From contig OZ024745.1 of the NCBI GenBank assembly GCA_964016885.1, positions 12,648,001 through 12,712,000 of the forward strand: a stretch of DNA of 64,000 bases, in the 5' to 3' direction. This document shows positions 1-12,439 of the stretch, piece after piece (the stretch's first letter is position 1; every line of letters begins with the position of its first letter). This DNA is from Eledone cirrhosa. Taxonomy: Eukaryota. The position numbers were made by a program, and so were the translations under genes. The notes beneath the pieces are model-generated. The model did not search any database. It saw nothing but the letters and a program-made list of their open reading frames with translations, and was not told the DNA's origin.

Positions 1-500
1 ACAGCAAACCATAAACAAACTGTAAGAGAAACTAGGCATAAGAGGAATCAAATGTGCAGTAGAGGAGATTATGTTGGTATGGACATGTGATTCGTATGAA
101 GGATGACAGCTACATAAAGTCCCAGAAAGACTTGAGATGAAGTGATAAAAGCCGACCTTGCCCAATTGCATCTCTGAAAGGCAATGACACAGGACCAAGA
201 TCTCTGGCGTTATGAGGTAATACAGAAACCCCAACTTCCCACAGGCCAAGGCTGAAACATACATACAGTATGCACCACTCCATCCCACATGCCAATATAT
301 CTTTCATGAGAACAGGCCGAAACACTGTAAAGTGGTCGTGATGGTGACACGGTAAAAAACACCCAGTCCACACTGTAAAGTAGTCGTGGAGGAATCACAA
401 CAAAAAAAACCCAGTACTCACTGTAAATGAACTTGGCATTAGGAAGGGCATCCAGCTGTAGAAACCAAGCCAAAATCAGTTCTTTATGAGCAAGACATGG
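1..500 (+). mobile_element. RTE-clade LINE, decayed 3' end plus 3' tail
   Basis: Encodes a WYGHVIRMKDDSYIK-like C-terminus matching the RTE copies at 42.2 and 44.5 kb, followed by the shared tail motif ggcattaggaagggcatccagctgtagaaa. Confidence 0.8.
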
Positions 501-510
501 TCACCTGACC

Positions 511-842
511 GCACATGGCTCAGTGGTTAGAGCATTGGGCTTGCAATTGAAAGGTTGTGAGTTTAATTCTCGGACTGAGTGATGTGTTGTTTCCTTGAGC
601 AAGACACTTTATTTCACATTGCTCCAGTTTACTCAGCTGTAGAAATGAGATGATAGGACTGGGGTCCCTATCATTCCACGGCAAAAAAAAAACAGCCAGC
701 ACTCACTGTAAATTAAGTTGGTGTTAGGAAGGGCATCCAGCTGTAGAAATCAAGACAAGGTCAGCCGACCGGACACTGCCCACAACAGGACAACCCATGC
801 TAGCGTAGAAGAACTGACATAAATGATGATGATGATGATGAA
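511..842 (+). mobile_element. tRNA-derived SINE, family A (octopus OK-like, CORE-type centre)
   Basis: Head cacatggctcagtggttagagc (A box) and a gagtttaattc B-box-like motif; centre ttccttgagcaagacactttatttcacattgctccagtttactcagctg; RTE-like tail ending in (gat)n. Further copies at 1.2, 24.6-25.2, 35.9 and 47.0 kb. Confidence 0.85.
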
Positions 843-1232
843 ATATAATAGAGTTTTATAGCTTGCTTGAAGCATTGATGAATAGGAAACACAAATTAAA
901 ATTTTGAAAACCAAGTTGAGGGCCTTTGAACCCCAGGCTGCTCCTGATTCTAGATGTGGAAGACGGGACCTTTGGTACCACACAGTGACGTCCTGTTCGA
1001 GAATTGGTCCAGCCCTCAATGCGAAAGTTTGGTCTTAGTCCCGGCAGGATTTTCCATATGTATATCATTGCATATCTCTCCCGTCTTCATTCCGAAGGGT
1101 AGAGTTTCAGTTCTTTTAGCCTCTCCCAGTAGCTCATCTCCTTCATTGTGCAATCCTCTTGGTGTAGCTTCGTTGGATTTTCTCAAGTTCCGTGGTTAGT
1201 TTGATACTATGGCGTGACCACAGCTGGGAGCA

Positions 1233-1575
1233 TTCATCATCATTTCATTTTATGTCCACTTTTTCCCTGCTTGCAAGGGTGGGACGGGAACTGATTCTGG
1301 CTTGATTTCTACAGCTGGATGCTGTTCCTAACACCAACCTCATTTACAGTGAGTGCTGGGTGCTTTTTTCCCCGTGGCAACTCCACATCCACTTTACAGT
1401 GTGGGCTGGGTGCTTTTTTGTCATGGCACCTCCACGACTGCCAGTCCTATCATCTCATTTCTACAGCTGAGTAAACTGGAGCAATGTGAAATAAAGTGTC
1501 TTGCTCAAGGAAACAACACATCACCCGGTGTGAGAATTGAACTCACAACCTTTCGATTGCAAAGCCAATGCTCTC
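1233..1575 (-). mobile_element. tRNA-derived SINE, family A
   Basis: Reverse complement of 511-842 (ctgagtaaactggagcaatgtgaaataaagtgtcttgctcaagg), with a (cat)n tail at ~1235. Confidence 0.85.
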
Positions 1576-1701
1576 AATATGTACACACACAGTAATAATA
1601 ATACATATGAAGACTAAAATCCAAAGAGGGCTCGATAGGGATAAATATATATCAAATATATAAGAACCGTAGAGCAAATATTTATTAAAATAACAGATTA
1701 A

Positions 1702-1753
1702 AGTTTAAGCAAAGAATCGGCTGCTTTCACCCTTAATGGGATCTTCTGAAACT
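1702..1753 (-). ncRNA. Hammerhead-ribozyme-like motif (type I, U4A core variant)
   Basis: Minus strand: agttt CAGAAGA t-ccc-attaa-ggg-t GAAA gca-gccgattctt-tgc T T aaact. Stems I, II and III all pair. Confidence 0.55.
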
Positions 1754-2076
1754 AAAAAAGAAAAAAAAAAATCAATCTGTGAATGCAGAAGTAAATATTT
1801 CGAAAAACGTTGCAACCGAAAGAAGACAGGAAGGCGATACTTTGGTTCGTGGAGACGTAGTTTTAGGTATTTCTTCTTGCTTGGTACGGGTATGTTCTTT
1901 GTAGAAATATTCAGATGTTTCTGCATTATGAATATAAGTCAATAGAGTACTCAATCAAGGGAGCCAAATAGTAATAATAATAAATTTGAAGACATCCAAA
2001 GAGGGCTCGATAAGGATAAATATATATCAAATATATAAGAACCGTAGAGCAAATATTTATTAAAATAACAAATTAA

Positions 2077-2128
2077 AGTTTAAGCAAAGAATCGGCTGCT
2101 TTCACCCTTAATGGGATCTTCTGAAACT
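2077..2128 (-). ncRNA. Hammerhead-ribozyme-like motif, second copy
   Basis: Identical to 1702-1753, 375 bp away. Confidence 0.55.
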
Positions 2129-2269
2129 AAAAAAAAAAAAAATCAATCTGTGAACGCAGAAGTAAATATTTCTAAGCCGAGCTTTCCCAATTGCACCTCT
2201 CAAGGGCAATGACACACGACCATGACCTCTGGCGTCACACAGAAAACCCGACTTTCCACAGGAACATAT

Positions 2270-5200
2270 AGACAATTTTTGTTTTCCTTTGTTGTTTTTA
2301 TGTCCTATCAACTAATCCGACCTCCAAAATGCTTGCAATTGACTATTATTTTAGCATATTAACAACAAATATGATTTCCACTGCAATTAAAAATGACTAG
2401 CTTTGTGAATGGTTTTTCCACCCACTTTCTGCCTTCATTTTTCTACAAAGCTAATCATTGACGATAGGTTTCAAAGTTATATTCATTCATAATATGTGAA
2501 AAAAATAGTCAACTGTGAGCATTGGTGTGATGAAAATGGTAGGAGTAGGTGTTCTGTAATAAATTTACCATATAGTGAAGTATGGGGTAGATTAATGTAC
2601 TGTGGTGTGCTTTGTTATAAGTGAGGATTTAAATTTCCACTTTGATCTATGTTATAAAAAAAATTTTTCATTCATTTTTGCATGCGTTATCAACTTCAAG
2701 AAGCTCGCAGTGAACTATGCTTTTAGCATATTAACAAAAAATATGACTTCCGCTGCAATAAAAAATGACTAGCTTTGTAAATGGTATTTCCACCCACATC
2801 CTCCCTCTTTTTTCTACAAAGCTAGTCATTTTCATCAGGTTTCCATGTCATAGCCATTGATAATATGTGCATAAAATAGTAATTTGCGAGCACCTTTTAT
2901 GTCAAATTGGGTGGAAAGCACAAAAAAAAAAAAAAAAAAAATGCCACATGAAAATTTGTCACACCTAAATCAATATCTTGGTGTGATGTAGTATGGTGTG
3001 GTTTGGTGAAGTTTCTACAGGTTTCCATGTCATATTTATTGATAAGTGGAAAAAAAAATCGTCAATTGGGAGCACCTTTAATGTCAGATTGGGTGGTAAG
3101 CACACACAAAAAAAAAAAAAGGAAATGGGAAGAAAATTTTTCACACCAAGATCAATAGCTTGGTGTGATGTAGTATGGTGTAACTTGGTATGGTGTGGTT
3201 TGTTTTGTTGAAGTTATGAAATGGAAACCAATTGTAAACGATAGATTCCCATGTCATATTCATTGATAATGTGTGGGAAAATAGTCATTTGCAAGCACCT
3301 TTGATGTTAGTTTGAGGTGGTAACCACAAAAAAAAAAAAAATGCAAGTAGCAAATTTGTCACAATGTCCAAGTGGTGTAAATGATAGGAGTATGTGTTCT
3401 GTAATAAATTACCATATAGTGAAGTATGGTTATGGTGTGGATTGAGGTAGATTAATGTGCTGTGGTGTGCTTTGTTATAAGTGAGGATTTAAATTTCCAC
3501 TTTGATTTATGTTAGAAAAAAAATTTTTCATTCATTTTTGCACGTGTTATCAACTTCCAAGAAGCTCGCAGTGAACTATGCTTTTAGCATATTAACAAAA
3601 AATATGACTTCCGCTGCAATAAAAAATGACTAGCTTTGTAAATGGTATTTCCACCCACATCCTCCCTCTTTTTTCTACAAAGCTAGTCATTTTCATCAGG
3701 TTTCCATGTCATAACCATTGATAATATGTGCATAAAATAGTAATTTGCGAGCATCTTTTATGTCAAATTGGGCGGTAAACACAAAAAAAAAAAAAAAAAA
3801 AAAAATGCCAGATGAAAATTTGTCACACCAAAATTAATATCTTGGTGTGATTTGGTGAAGTTTCTACAAAGATAGTCATTTTCGACAGGTTTCCATGTCA
3901 TATTTATTGATAAGTGGAAAAAAAAATAGTCAATTGGGAGGTAAGCACACACAAAAAAAAAAAAAGGAAATGGGAAGAAAATTTTTCACACCAAGATCAA
4001 TAGCTTGGTGTGATGTAGTATGGTGTAACTTGGTATGGTGTGGTTTGGTTTGGTGAAGTTATGAAATGGAAACCAATTGTAAACGATAGATTCCCATGTC
4101 ATATTCATTGATAATGTGTGGGAAAATAGTCATTTGCAAGCACCTTTGATGTTAGTTTGAGGTGGTAACCACAAAAAAAAAAAAAATGCAAGTAGCAAAT
4201 TTGTCACATTAATGTCCAAGTGATGTAAATGATAGGAGTATGTGTTCTGTAATAAATTACCATATAGTGAAGTATGGTTATGGTGTGGATTGAGGTAGAT
4301 TAATGTTCTGTGGTGTGCTTTGTTATAAGTGAGGATTTAAATTTCCACTTTGATTTATGTTATAAAAAAAATTTTTCATTCATTTTTGCACGTGTTATCA
4401 ACTTCCAAGAAGCTCGCAGTGAACTATGCTTTTAGCATATTAACAAAAAATATGACTTCCGCTGCAATAAAAAATGACTAGCTTTGTAAATGGTATTTCC
4501 ACCCACATCCTCCCTCTTTTTTCTACAAAGCTAGTCATTTTCATCAGGTTTCCATGTCATAGCCATTGATAATATGTGCATAAAATAGTAATTTGCGAGC
4601 ACCTTTTATGTCAAATTGGGTGGTAAGCACAAAAAAAAAAAAAAAAATGCCAGATGAAAATTTGTCACACCTAAATCAATATCTTGGTGTGATGTAGTAT
4701 GGTGTGGTTTGGTGAAGTTTCTACAGGTTTCCATGTCATATTTATTGATAAGTGGAAAAAAAAAATAGTCAATTGGGAGCACCTTTAATGTCAGATTGGG
4801 TGGTAAGCACACACAAAAAAAAAAAAAAGGAAATGGGAAGAAAATTTTTCACACCAAGATCAATATCTTGGTGTGATTTGGTGAAGTTTCTACAAAGATA
4901 GTCATTTTCGACAGGTTTCCATGTCATATTTATTGATAAGTGGAAAAAAAAATAGTCAATTGGGAGGTAAGCACACACAAAAAAAAAAAAAGGAAATGGT
5001 AAGAAAATTTTTCACACCAAGATCAATAGCTTGGTGTGATGTAGTATGGTGTAACTTGGTATGGTGTGGTTTGGTTTGGTGAAATTATGAAATGGAAACC
5101 AATTGTAAACGATAGATTCCCATGTCATATTCATTGATAATGTGTGGGAAAATAGTCATTTGCAAGCACCTTTGATGTTAGTTTGAGGTGGTAACCACAC

Positions 5201-7850
5201 AAAAAAAAAAAAATGCAAGTAGCAAATTTGTCACAATGTCCAAGTGGTGTAAATGATAGGAGTATGTGTTCTGTAATAAATTACCATATAGTGAAGTATG
5301 GTTATGGTGTGGATTGAGGTAGATTAATGTGCTGTGGTGTGCTTTGTTATAAGTGAGGATTTAAATTTCCACTTTGATTTATGTTAGAAAAAAAATTTTT
5401 CATTCATTTTTGCACGTGTTATCAACTTCCAAGAAGCTCGCAGTGAACTATGCTTTTAGCATATTAACAAAAAATATGACTTCCGCTGCAATAAAAAATG
5501 ACTAGCTTTGTAAATGGTATTTCCACCCACATCCTCCCTCTTTTTTCTACAAAGCTAGTCATTTTCATCAGTTTTCCCTGTCATAACCATTGATAATATG
5601 TGCATAAAATAGTAATTTGCGAGCATCTTTTATGCCAAATTGGGTGGTAAACACAAAAAAAAAAAAAAAAATGCCAGATGAAAATTTGTCACACCAAAAT
5701 CAATATCTTGGTGTGATTTGGTGAAGTTTCTACAAAGATAGTCATTTTCGACAGGTTTCCATGTCATATTTATTGATAAGTGGAAAAAAAATAGTCAATT
5801 GGGAGGTAAGCACACACAAAAAAAAAAAAAAGGAAATGGGAAGAAAATTTTTCACACCAAGATCAATAGCTTGGTGTGATGTAGTATGGTGTAACTTGGT
5901 ATGGTGTGGTTTGGTTTGGTGAAGTTATGAAATGGAAACCAATTGTAAACGATAGATTCCCATGTCATATTCATTGATAATGTGTGGGAAAATAGTCATT
6001 TGCAAGCACCTTTGATGTTAGTTTGAGGTGGTAACCACAAAAAAAAAAAAAAATGCAAGTAGCAAATTTATCACATTAATGTCCAAGTGATGTAAATGAT
6101 AGGAGTATGTGTTCTGTAATAAATTACCATATAGTGAAGTATGGTTATGGTGTGGATTGAGGTAGATTAATGTGCTGTGGTGTGCTTTGTTATAAGTGAG
6201 GATTTAAATTTCCACTTTGATTTATGTTAGAAAAAAAATTTTTCATTCATTTTTGCACGTGTTATCAACTTCCAAGAAGCTCGCAGTGAACTATGCTTTT
6301 AGCATATTAACAAAAAAATATGACTTCCGCTGCAATAAAAAATGACTAGCTTTGTAAATGGTATTTCCACCCACATCCTCCCTCTTTTTTCTACAAAGCT
6401 AGTCATTTTCATCAGGTTTCCATGTCATAGCCATTGATAATATGTGCATAAAATAGTAATTTGCGAGCACCTTTTATGTCAAATTGGGTGGTAAGCACAA
6501 AAAAAAAAAAAAAAAAATGCCAGATGAAAATTTGTCACACCTAAATCAATATCTTGGTGTGATGTAGTATGGTGTGGTTTGGTGAAGTTTCTACAGGTTT
6601 CCATGTCATAATTATTGATAAGTGGAAAAAAAAATAGTCAATTGGGAGCACCTTTAATGTCAGATTGGGTGGTAAGCACACACACAAAAAAAAAAAAGGA
6701 AACAGGAAAAAAATTTTTCACACCAAGATCAATAGCTTGGTGTGATGTAGTATGGTGTAACTTGGTATGGTGTGGTTTTGTTTTGTTGAAGTTATGAAAT
6801 GGAAACCAATTGTAAACGATAGATTCCCATGTCATATTCATTGATAATGTGTGGGAAAATAGTCATTTGCAAGCACCTTTGATGTTAGTTTGAGGTGGTA
6901 ACCACAAAAAAAAAAAAAAAATGCAAGTAGCAAATTTGTCACGTTAATGTCCAAGTGGTGTAAATGATAGGAGTATGTGTTCTGTAATAAATTACCATAT
7001 AGTGAAGTATGGTTATGGTGAAGTATATGGTGTGGATTGAGGTAGATTAATGTGCTTTGTTATAAGTGAGGATTTAATTTTCCACTTCTATTTATGTTAG
7101 AAAAAAAATTTTTCATTCATTTTTGCATGTGTTATCAACTTCCAAGAAGCCCGCAGTGGACTATGCTCTTAGCATATTAACAAAAAATATGACTTCCGCT
7201 GCAATAAAAAATGACTAGCTTTGTAAATGGTATTTCCACCCACATCCTCCCTCTTTTTTCTACAAAGCTAGTCATTTTCGACAGTTTTCCATGTCATAAT
7301 TATTGATAATATGTGCAAAAAATAGTCAATTGCAGCACCTTTGATTGTCAGATTGGGTGGTAAGAGCACACACAAAAGAAAAAAAAGAAACAGGAAGAAA
7401 ATTTTTCACACTGAGATCAAAAGCATGGTGTGGTGTAGAATGGTGCAGTTTGTTTTGGTGTGGTTTGGATTGTTATAGTTATGACATGGGAACCTATTGC
7501 AAATGATAGGTTTCCTTGTTATATACATTGATAATGTGTAAAAAAATAATCATTTGTGAGCACCTTTGATATCAGATTGGGTGGTAAGCACACACACACA
7601 GAAAAAAAAAAAAACAGGAAGAAAAATGTTCTCACTGAGATTAATAGCATGGTGTGATGTAGTATGGTGTAGTTTGTTATGGTGAGGTTTGGTGTAGTTT
7701 GGTTTGGTGTAGTTTGGTTTGGTGTAGTTTGGTGTAGTTATAACATGGAAGCCTATCATAAATTTACCAAGGTATGGTATAATCTGGTTTGGTGTAGTGT
7801 AGGTTAGTGTAGTGTGGTGTGTTATTGTGTTGCATTGCATCATATAGCGT
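2270..7850. repeat. Higher-order satellite: about six ~850-bp units built from diverged ~180-220-bp monomers
   Basis: tttctacaaagctagtcattttc recurs at ~2811, 3672, 4520, 5545, 6389 and 7257. The internal monomer ggtttccatgtcat...gcacctt..atgtcagattgggtggtaa-polyA recurs several times per unit. Confidence 0.92.
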
Positions 7851-7899
7851 GTTTCTCTTTAAATTAAAATCATTAAAATGTAATGCCTATCTTCTATAT

Positions 7900-10260
7900 C
7901 TTAAAGAGTGAGCTTAAATGTGATTGCAAATGACTTTTTTCTCTGGGTTCATGTTAGATTTAGGGTAAGTTTTACTGTTAATGGTAAGTTTATTGTTAGT
8001 GACTGTGTTACTGTTAGCATTACTGTCACTGTTTGCGTTACTGTCTGCGTTAGCATTTGCATAAGCGTCTATGTAAGCTTTTGTGTTAGTGTCTATGTAA
8101 ACTGGTGTTAGTGTTTGCATAAGTGTCAGCATTTGCGTCAGCGTCTGCACTGGTGATAGTGATTGTGTCAGCATTTCCCTTAGTGTCTAAGTCAACATTA
8201 GTGTTAGCATTAGTGTTTGTTTCAGTGCCTGCGTCTACGTCAGCTTCTGAGTCAGCATTATCATTAGCGTCCGCGTCAGCATCAGTGTGCACGTCAGTAT
8301 TTGCATTAGTGTTTGAGTCAGTGTTAGCATCAGCGTTTGCATTTGTGTAGGGGTTAGCATTTGTGTCAGCATCTGCATCAGCATTCACATTAGTCTTTGT
8401 CAGCATTTCCGTTAGCGTCTGTGTCAGTGTGTATATTAGCTTCTACGTCAGCGTTTTCGTCTGTGTCAGTATCAGTATTTACATCTACATCAGCGTCAGC
8501 GTTTCAGTTAACGTCAGTGTTTATGTTAGCGTCTGTGTCAGCGTTTACGTTAGAGTCTGTGCCAGCGTTTACGTTAGCTTCTACGTCAGCGTTTCCGTAA
8601 CGTGTACGTCAGCGTTTTCCGTTAGCATTAGCGTTTCCATTAACCTTTCCTGTGGCGTCCGCATCATTGCAGCGTCTGCATATCCCATGTAAGCGTTAAC
8701 TTCAACATTTGCGTCAGCCCTAGCGTCCGCATCAGCATTTGCGTTAGCGTCAGCATACACGTCAGCGCCGGCAATACTGCCTCAACATTTGCGTCAGCGT
8801 TAGCTTGGCTTTGGCTTCAGCAATCCGCATCAGCAATTGCGTTTTGGAGATCAGCTTCGGCGGTAAGGGTAAACGCTAACTTCTACGCCTGCTTCTACGT
8901 AACAACTACGTCAGCGTTTTGTTAGCTTCTACGTCAGCGTTTACGTTTGCTTCTACATCAGCATCTACGTTAGCTTCTACGTCAGTGTCTACGTTAACAT
9001 CTACGTCATCGTTTACGTTAGCTTCTATGTCAGCATCTACATTAGCTTCTACGTCAGCGCTTACATTAGTGTCTGTGTCAGCATTTGTGTTAGCTTTTAC
9101 GTCAGCGTCTGTGTCTGTATTTACATCTACATCAGCGTCAGTGTTTACGTTAGCGTCTGTGTCAGCGTTTACGTTAGAGTCTGTGCCAGCGTTTACGTTA
9201 GCTTCTACGTCAGCGTTTCCGTAACGTGTACGTCAGCGTTTTCCGTTAGCATTAGCGTTTCCATTAACCTTTCCTGTGGCGTCCGCATCATTGCAGCGTC
9301 TGCATATCCCATGTAAGCGTTAACTTCAGCATTTGCATCAGCGTTAGCGTTAGCCTTAGCCCTAGCGTCCGCATCAGCATTTGCGTTAGCGTCAGCATAC
9401 ACGTCAGCGCCTGGCAATACTGCCTCAACATTTGCGTCAGCGTTAGCTTGGCTTTGGCTTCAGCAATCCGCATCAGCAATTGCGTTTTGGAGATCAGCTT
9501 CGGCGGTAAGGGTAAACGCTAACTTCTACGCCTGCTTCTACGTAACAACTACGTCAGCGTTTTGTTAGCTTCTACGTCAGCGTTTACGTTTGCTTCTACA
9601 TCAGCATCTACGTCAGCTTCTACGTCAGTGTCTACGTCATCGTTTACGTTAGCTTCTATGTCAGCATCTACATTAGCTTCTATGTCAGCGCTTACATTAG
9701 TGTCTGTGTCAGCGTTTGTGTTAGCTTCTACGTCTATGTCAGTGTCTGTATTCACATCTACATCAGCGTTAGCGTTTATGTTAGCATCTGTTTCAGCGTT
9801 TATATTAGCTCTGCGTCAGTTTTTACGTTAGCATCTGTGTTAACGTGTGTTAGTGTCTGTGTCAGCGTCAGCGTCTGCGTCAGCATTTTCATTAGTGTTT
9901 CCTTTAGCTTCTACGTCAATGTTTACGCCTGCATTAAGGTTCACATTAGCATCGCTGTCATCGTTTTCGTTTGCTTTAACATCTGGATCAACATTTGCGT
10001 CTGTTTGCATTAGTGTCTGCATTTGCTTTTTTTATATCAGTGTCAGCGTTAGAGTCTGGGTAGCATTTACATCAGCGTGTACGTCAGAGTCTTTGTCAGC
10101 ATTCGCCTTTGCACCTGCATTAGTATTCACGTTAGTGTTTGTGTCAGCGTAAGCGATTGTGTCAACATTTGCACTAGCGTTTGTGCCAGCATAGCCATCT
10201 TCGTCAGTGTCAGCGTTGGCGTTGGCGTTGGCGTTAGTGTTTGATTTTGTATTAGTGTTA
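7900..10260. repeat. Degenerate hexamer-period satellite (GTCAGC/GTTAGC/TCTACG); Asp/Ala/Asn/Thr-rich reading on the minus strand
   Basis: Continuous gcgtca/gcgtta/gtgtta variants, with an internal ~650-bp near-exact duplication (~8520-9180 vs ~9140-9800). Confidence 0.85.
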
Positions 10261-12150
10261 GCATTTTTGTTAGTGTTAGTGTTCAGGTTAATGTTGACTT
10301 AGTTTTCAGGTTAGGGCTCGTGTTACTTTTAATGTTAGTGCTCAGGTTAGTGGTTTATGGTAGTGTTAGTTTTAGTGTTCAGGTTAATGTTCGTGTTAAT
10401 GTCAGTGCTCAGGTTAGTGTTAGTGTTTACTGTAGTGTTAGTTTTAGTGTTGAGGTTAATGTTAGCTTAGTTTTCTGGTTAGTGTTAGTGTTAGTGTTAG
10501 TTTTTATGGTAGTGTTAGTGTTACTGTTAGTGCTCAGATCAGTGTTAGTGTTTGTGTTACTGTTTATGGTAGTGTTAGTTTAAGTGTTAATGTTAGTTTT
10601 AGTGTTAAGGTTAGTGTTTGTTTTTGTGTTAATAATTTTGTTAGTATCTCTGTTAGCATTAGTGATTGATGTTTCCATTAGTGTTAGTGATTGTGTTAGC
10701 GTTAGTCTTTGTTTTTGTGTTAATGTTAGCATTAGTATTTCTGTTAGTGTTAGCATGAGTGTTTGTGTTAGTTTTCAGGTTAGTGTTAGTGTTCAAGTTA
10801 GTGTTAGAGATTGTGTTAGTGTTAGTATTTGTTTTTGTGTTAGTATCTATGTTAGCATTAGTATTTCTGTTAGTGTTAGCATTAGTGTTTATGTTAGTGT
10901 TCAAGTTAATGTTAGTGTGAGAGATTGCGTTAGTGTTTGTTTTTGTGTCAATATTTGTGTTAGTATCTCTGTTAGCGTTAGTGTTTATTTTAGTGTTGAA
11001 GTTAATGTTAGCTTAGTTTTCTGGTTAGTATCAGTTTTCAGATTAGTGTTTGTGTTAGTGTTACTTTTAGTGTTAGTGCTCAGGTTAGTGTTTGTGGTAG
11101 TGTTAGTTTTAGTGTAAGTGTTCAGGTTAGTGTTAGTGTTCAAGTTAGTGTTAGAGATTGTGTTAGTGTTAGTATTTGTTTTTGTGTTAGTATCTATGTT
11201 AGCATTAGTATTTCTGTTAGTGTTAGCATTAGTGTTTATGTTAGTGTTCAAGTTAATGTTAGTGTGAGAGATTGCGTTAGTGTTTGTTTTTGTGTTAATA
11301 TTTGTGTTAGTATCTCTGTTAGCGTTAGTGTTTATTTTAGTGTTGAAGTTAATGTTAGCTTAGTTTTCTGGTTAGTATCAGTTTTCAGATTAGTGTTTGT
11401 GTTAGTGTTACTTTTAGTGTTAGTGCTCAGGTTAGTGTTTGTGGTAGTGTTAGTTTTAGTGTAAGTGTTCAGGTTAGTGTTAGTGTTCAAGTTAATGTTA
11501 GTTTTAGTGTTAAGGTTAATGTTAGTTTTAGTGTTAAGGTTAGTGTTAGAGATTGTGTTAGTGTTAGTATTTGTTTTTGTGTTAATATTTGTGTTAGCAT
11601 CTCTGTTAGCATTAGTGTTTGATGTTTCCATTAGTGTTAGTGATTGTGTTAGCGTTAGTCTTTGTTTTTGTGTTAAGGTTAGCGTTAATGTTAGCATTAG
11701 TATTTCTGTTAGTGTTAGCATTAGTATTTCTGTTAGTGTTAGCATTAGTATTTCTGTTAGTGTTAGCATTAGTGTTTATGTTAGTGTTCAAGTTAATGTT
11801 AGTTTTAGTGTTGAGGTTAGTGTTAGAGATTGCGTTAGTGTTTGTTTTTGTGTTAATATTTGTGTTAGTGTTGAAGTTAATGTTAGCTTAGTTTTCTGGT
11901 TAGTATCAGTTTTCAGATTAGTGTTTGTGTTAGTGTTACTTTTAGTGTTAGTGCTCAGGTCAGTGTTAGTGTTTATGGTAGTGTTAGTTTTAGTGCTAGT
12001 GTTCGTGCTAATGTTAGTTTTAGTGTAAGTGTTCAGGTTAGTGTTAGTGTTTACGGTAGTGTTAGTTTTAGTGCTGCTGTTCAGGTTAGTGTTCGTGTCA
12101 GTTTTAGTGTTAGTGTTCAGGTTAGTGTTTGTGTTAGTTTTCATGTTAGC
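10260..12150. repeat. (GTTAGT)n-based degenerate satellite with a ~350-bp internal duplication
   Basis: gtgttagtgttag runs; block ~10780-11130 is repeated at ~11130-11480. Confidence 0.9.
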
Positions 12151-12439
12151 ACTAAGTTCACTGTTAGAGCATGTGTGAGTGCAAGTGTTATTTTTAAAGT
12201 TCGGTTTTAGCTTAAAGTTAGGTTTTCTACTTTCCAGGAAAAAAGTTGATCCTCTCTAACTTGAGTGGTGTGATATAGTGTGGTAAAGTATAGTGTTTCG
12301 TAGTGTGGTGTTGGATAATGTGGTATGGTTATAATGTTTGTCAGTGTGGTGTGGTATGGTATAGGTTGATGTAGTGTGGCTTAGTTTGATTATAATAATT
12401 CAAATAATAATAACAATAATAATAGTAATAATAATTGTT

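Larger units (their letters stand above)
1591..2171 (-). repeat. Direct tandem repeat (375-bp offset; one full plus one partial copy) carrying hammerhead-like motifs; Penelope pLTR-like or retrozyme-like
   Basis: ccaaagagggctcgata...cagaagtaaatattt occurs at 1621 and 1996 with near identity. Confidence 0.7.

Noticed and set aside
511-580. tRNA genes
   Set aside because: The A/B boxes belong to SINE heads; no complete cloverleaf is evident.
856-1230. Short ORFs between SINEs (also 21028-21213)
   Set aside because: Possibly retroelement scraps, but I recognised no motif.
10320-12144. Long V/L/S-rich and N/T-rich ORFs (also 60691-61926, 411 aa)
   Set aside because: By-products of period-6 satellites; open in several frames on both strands, with no domain.
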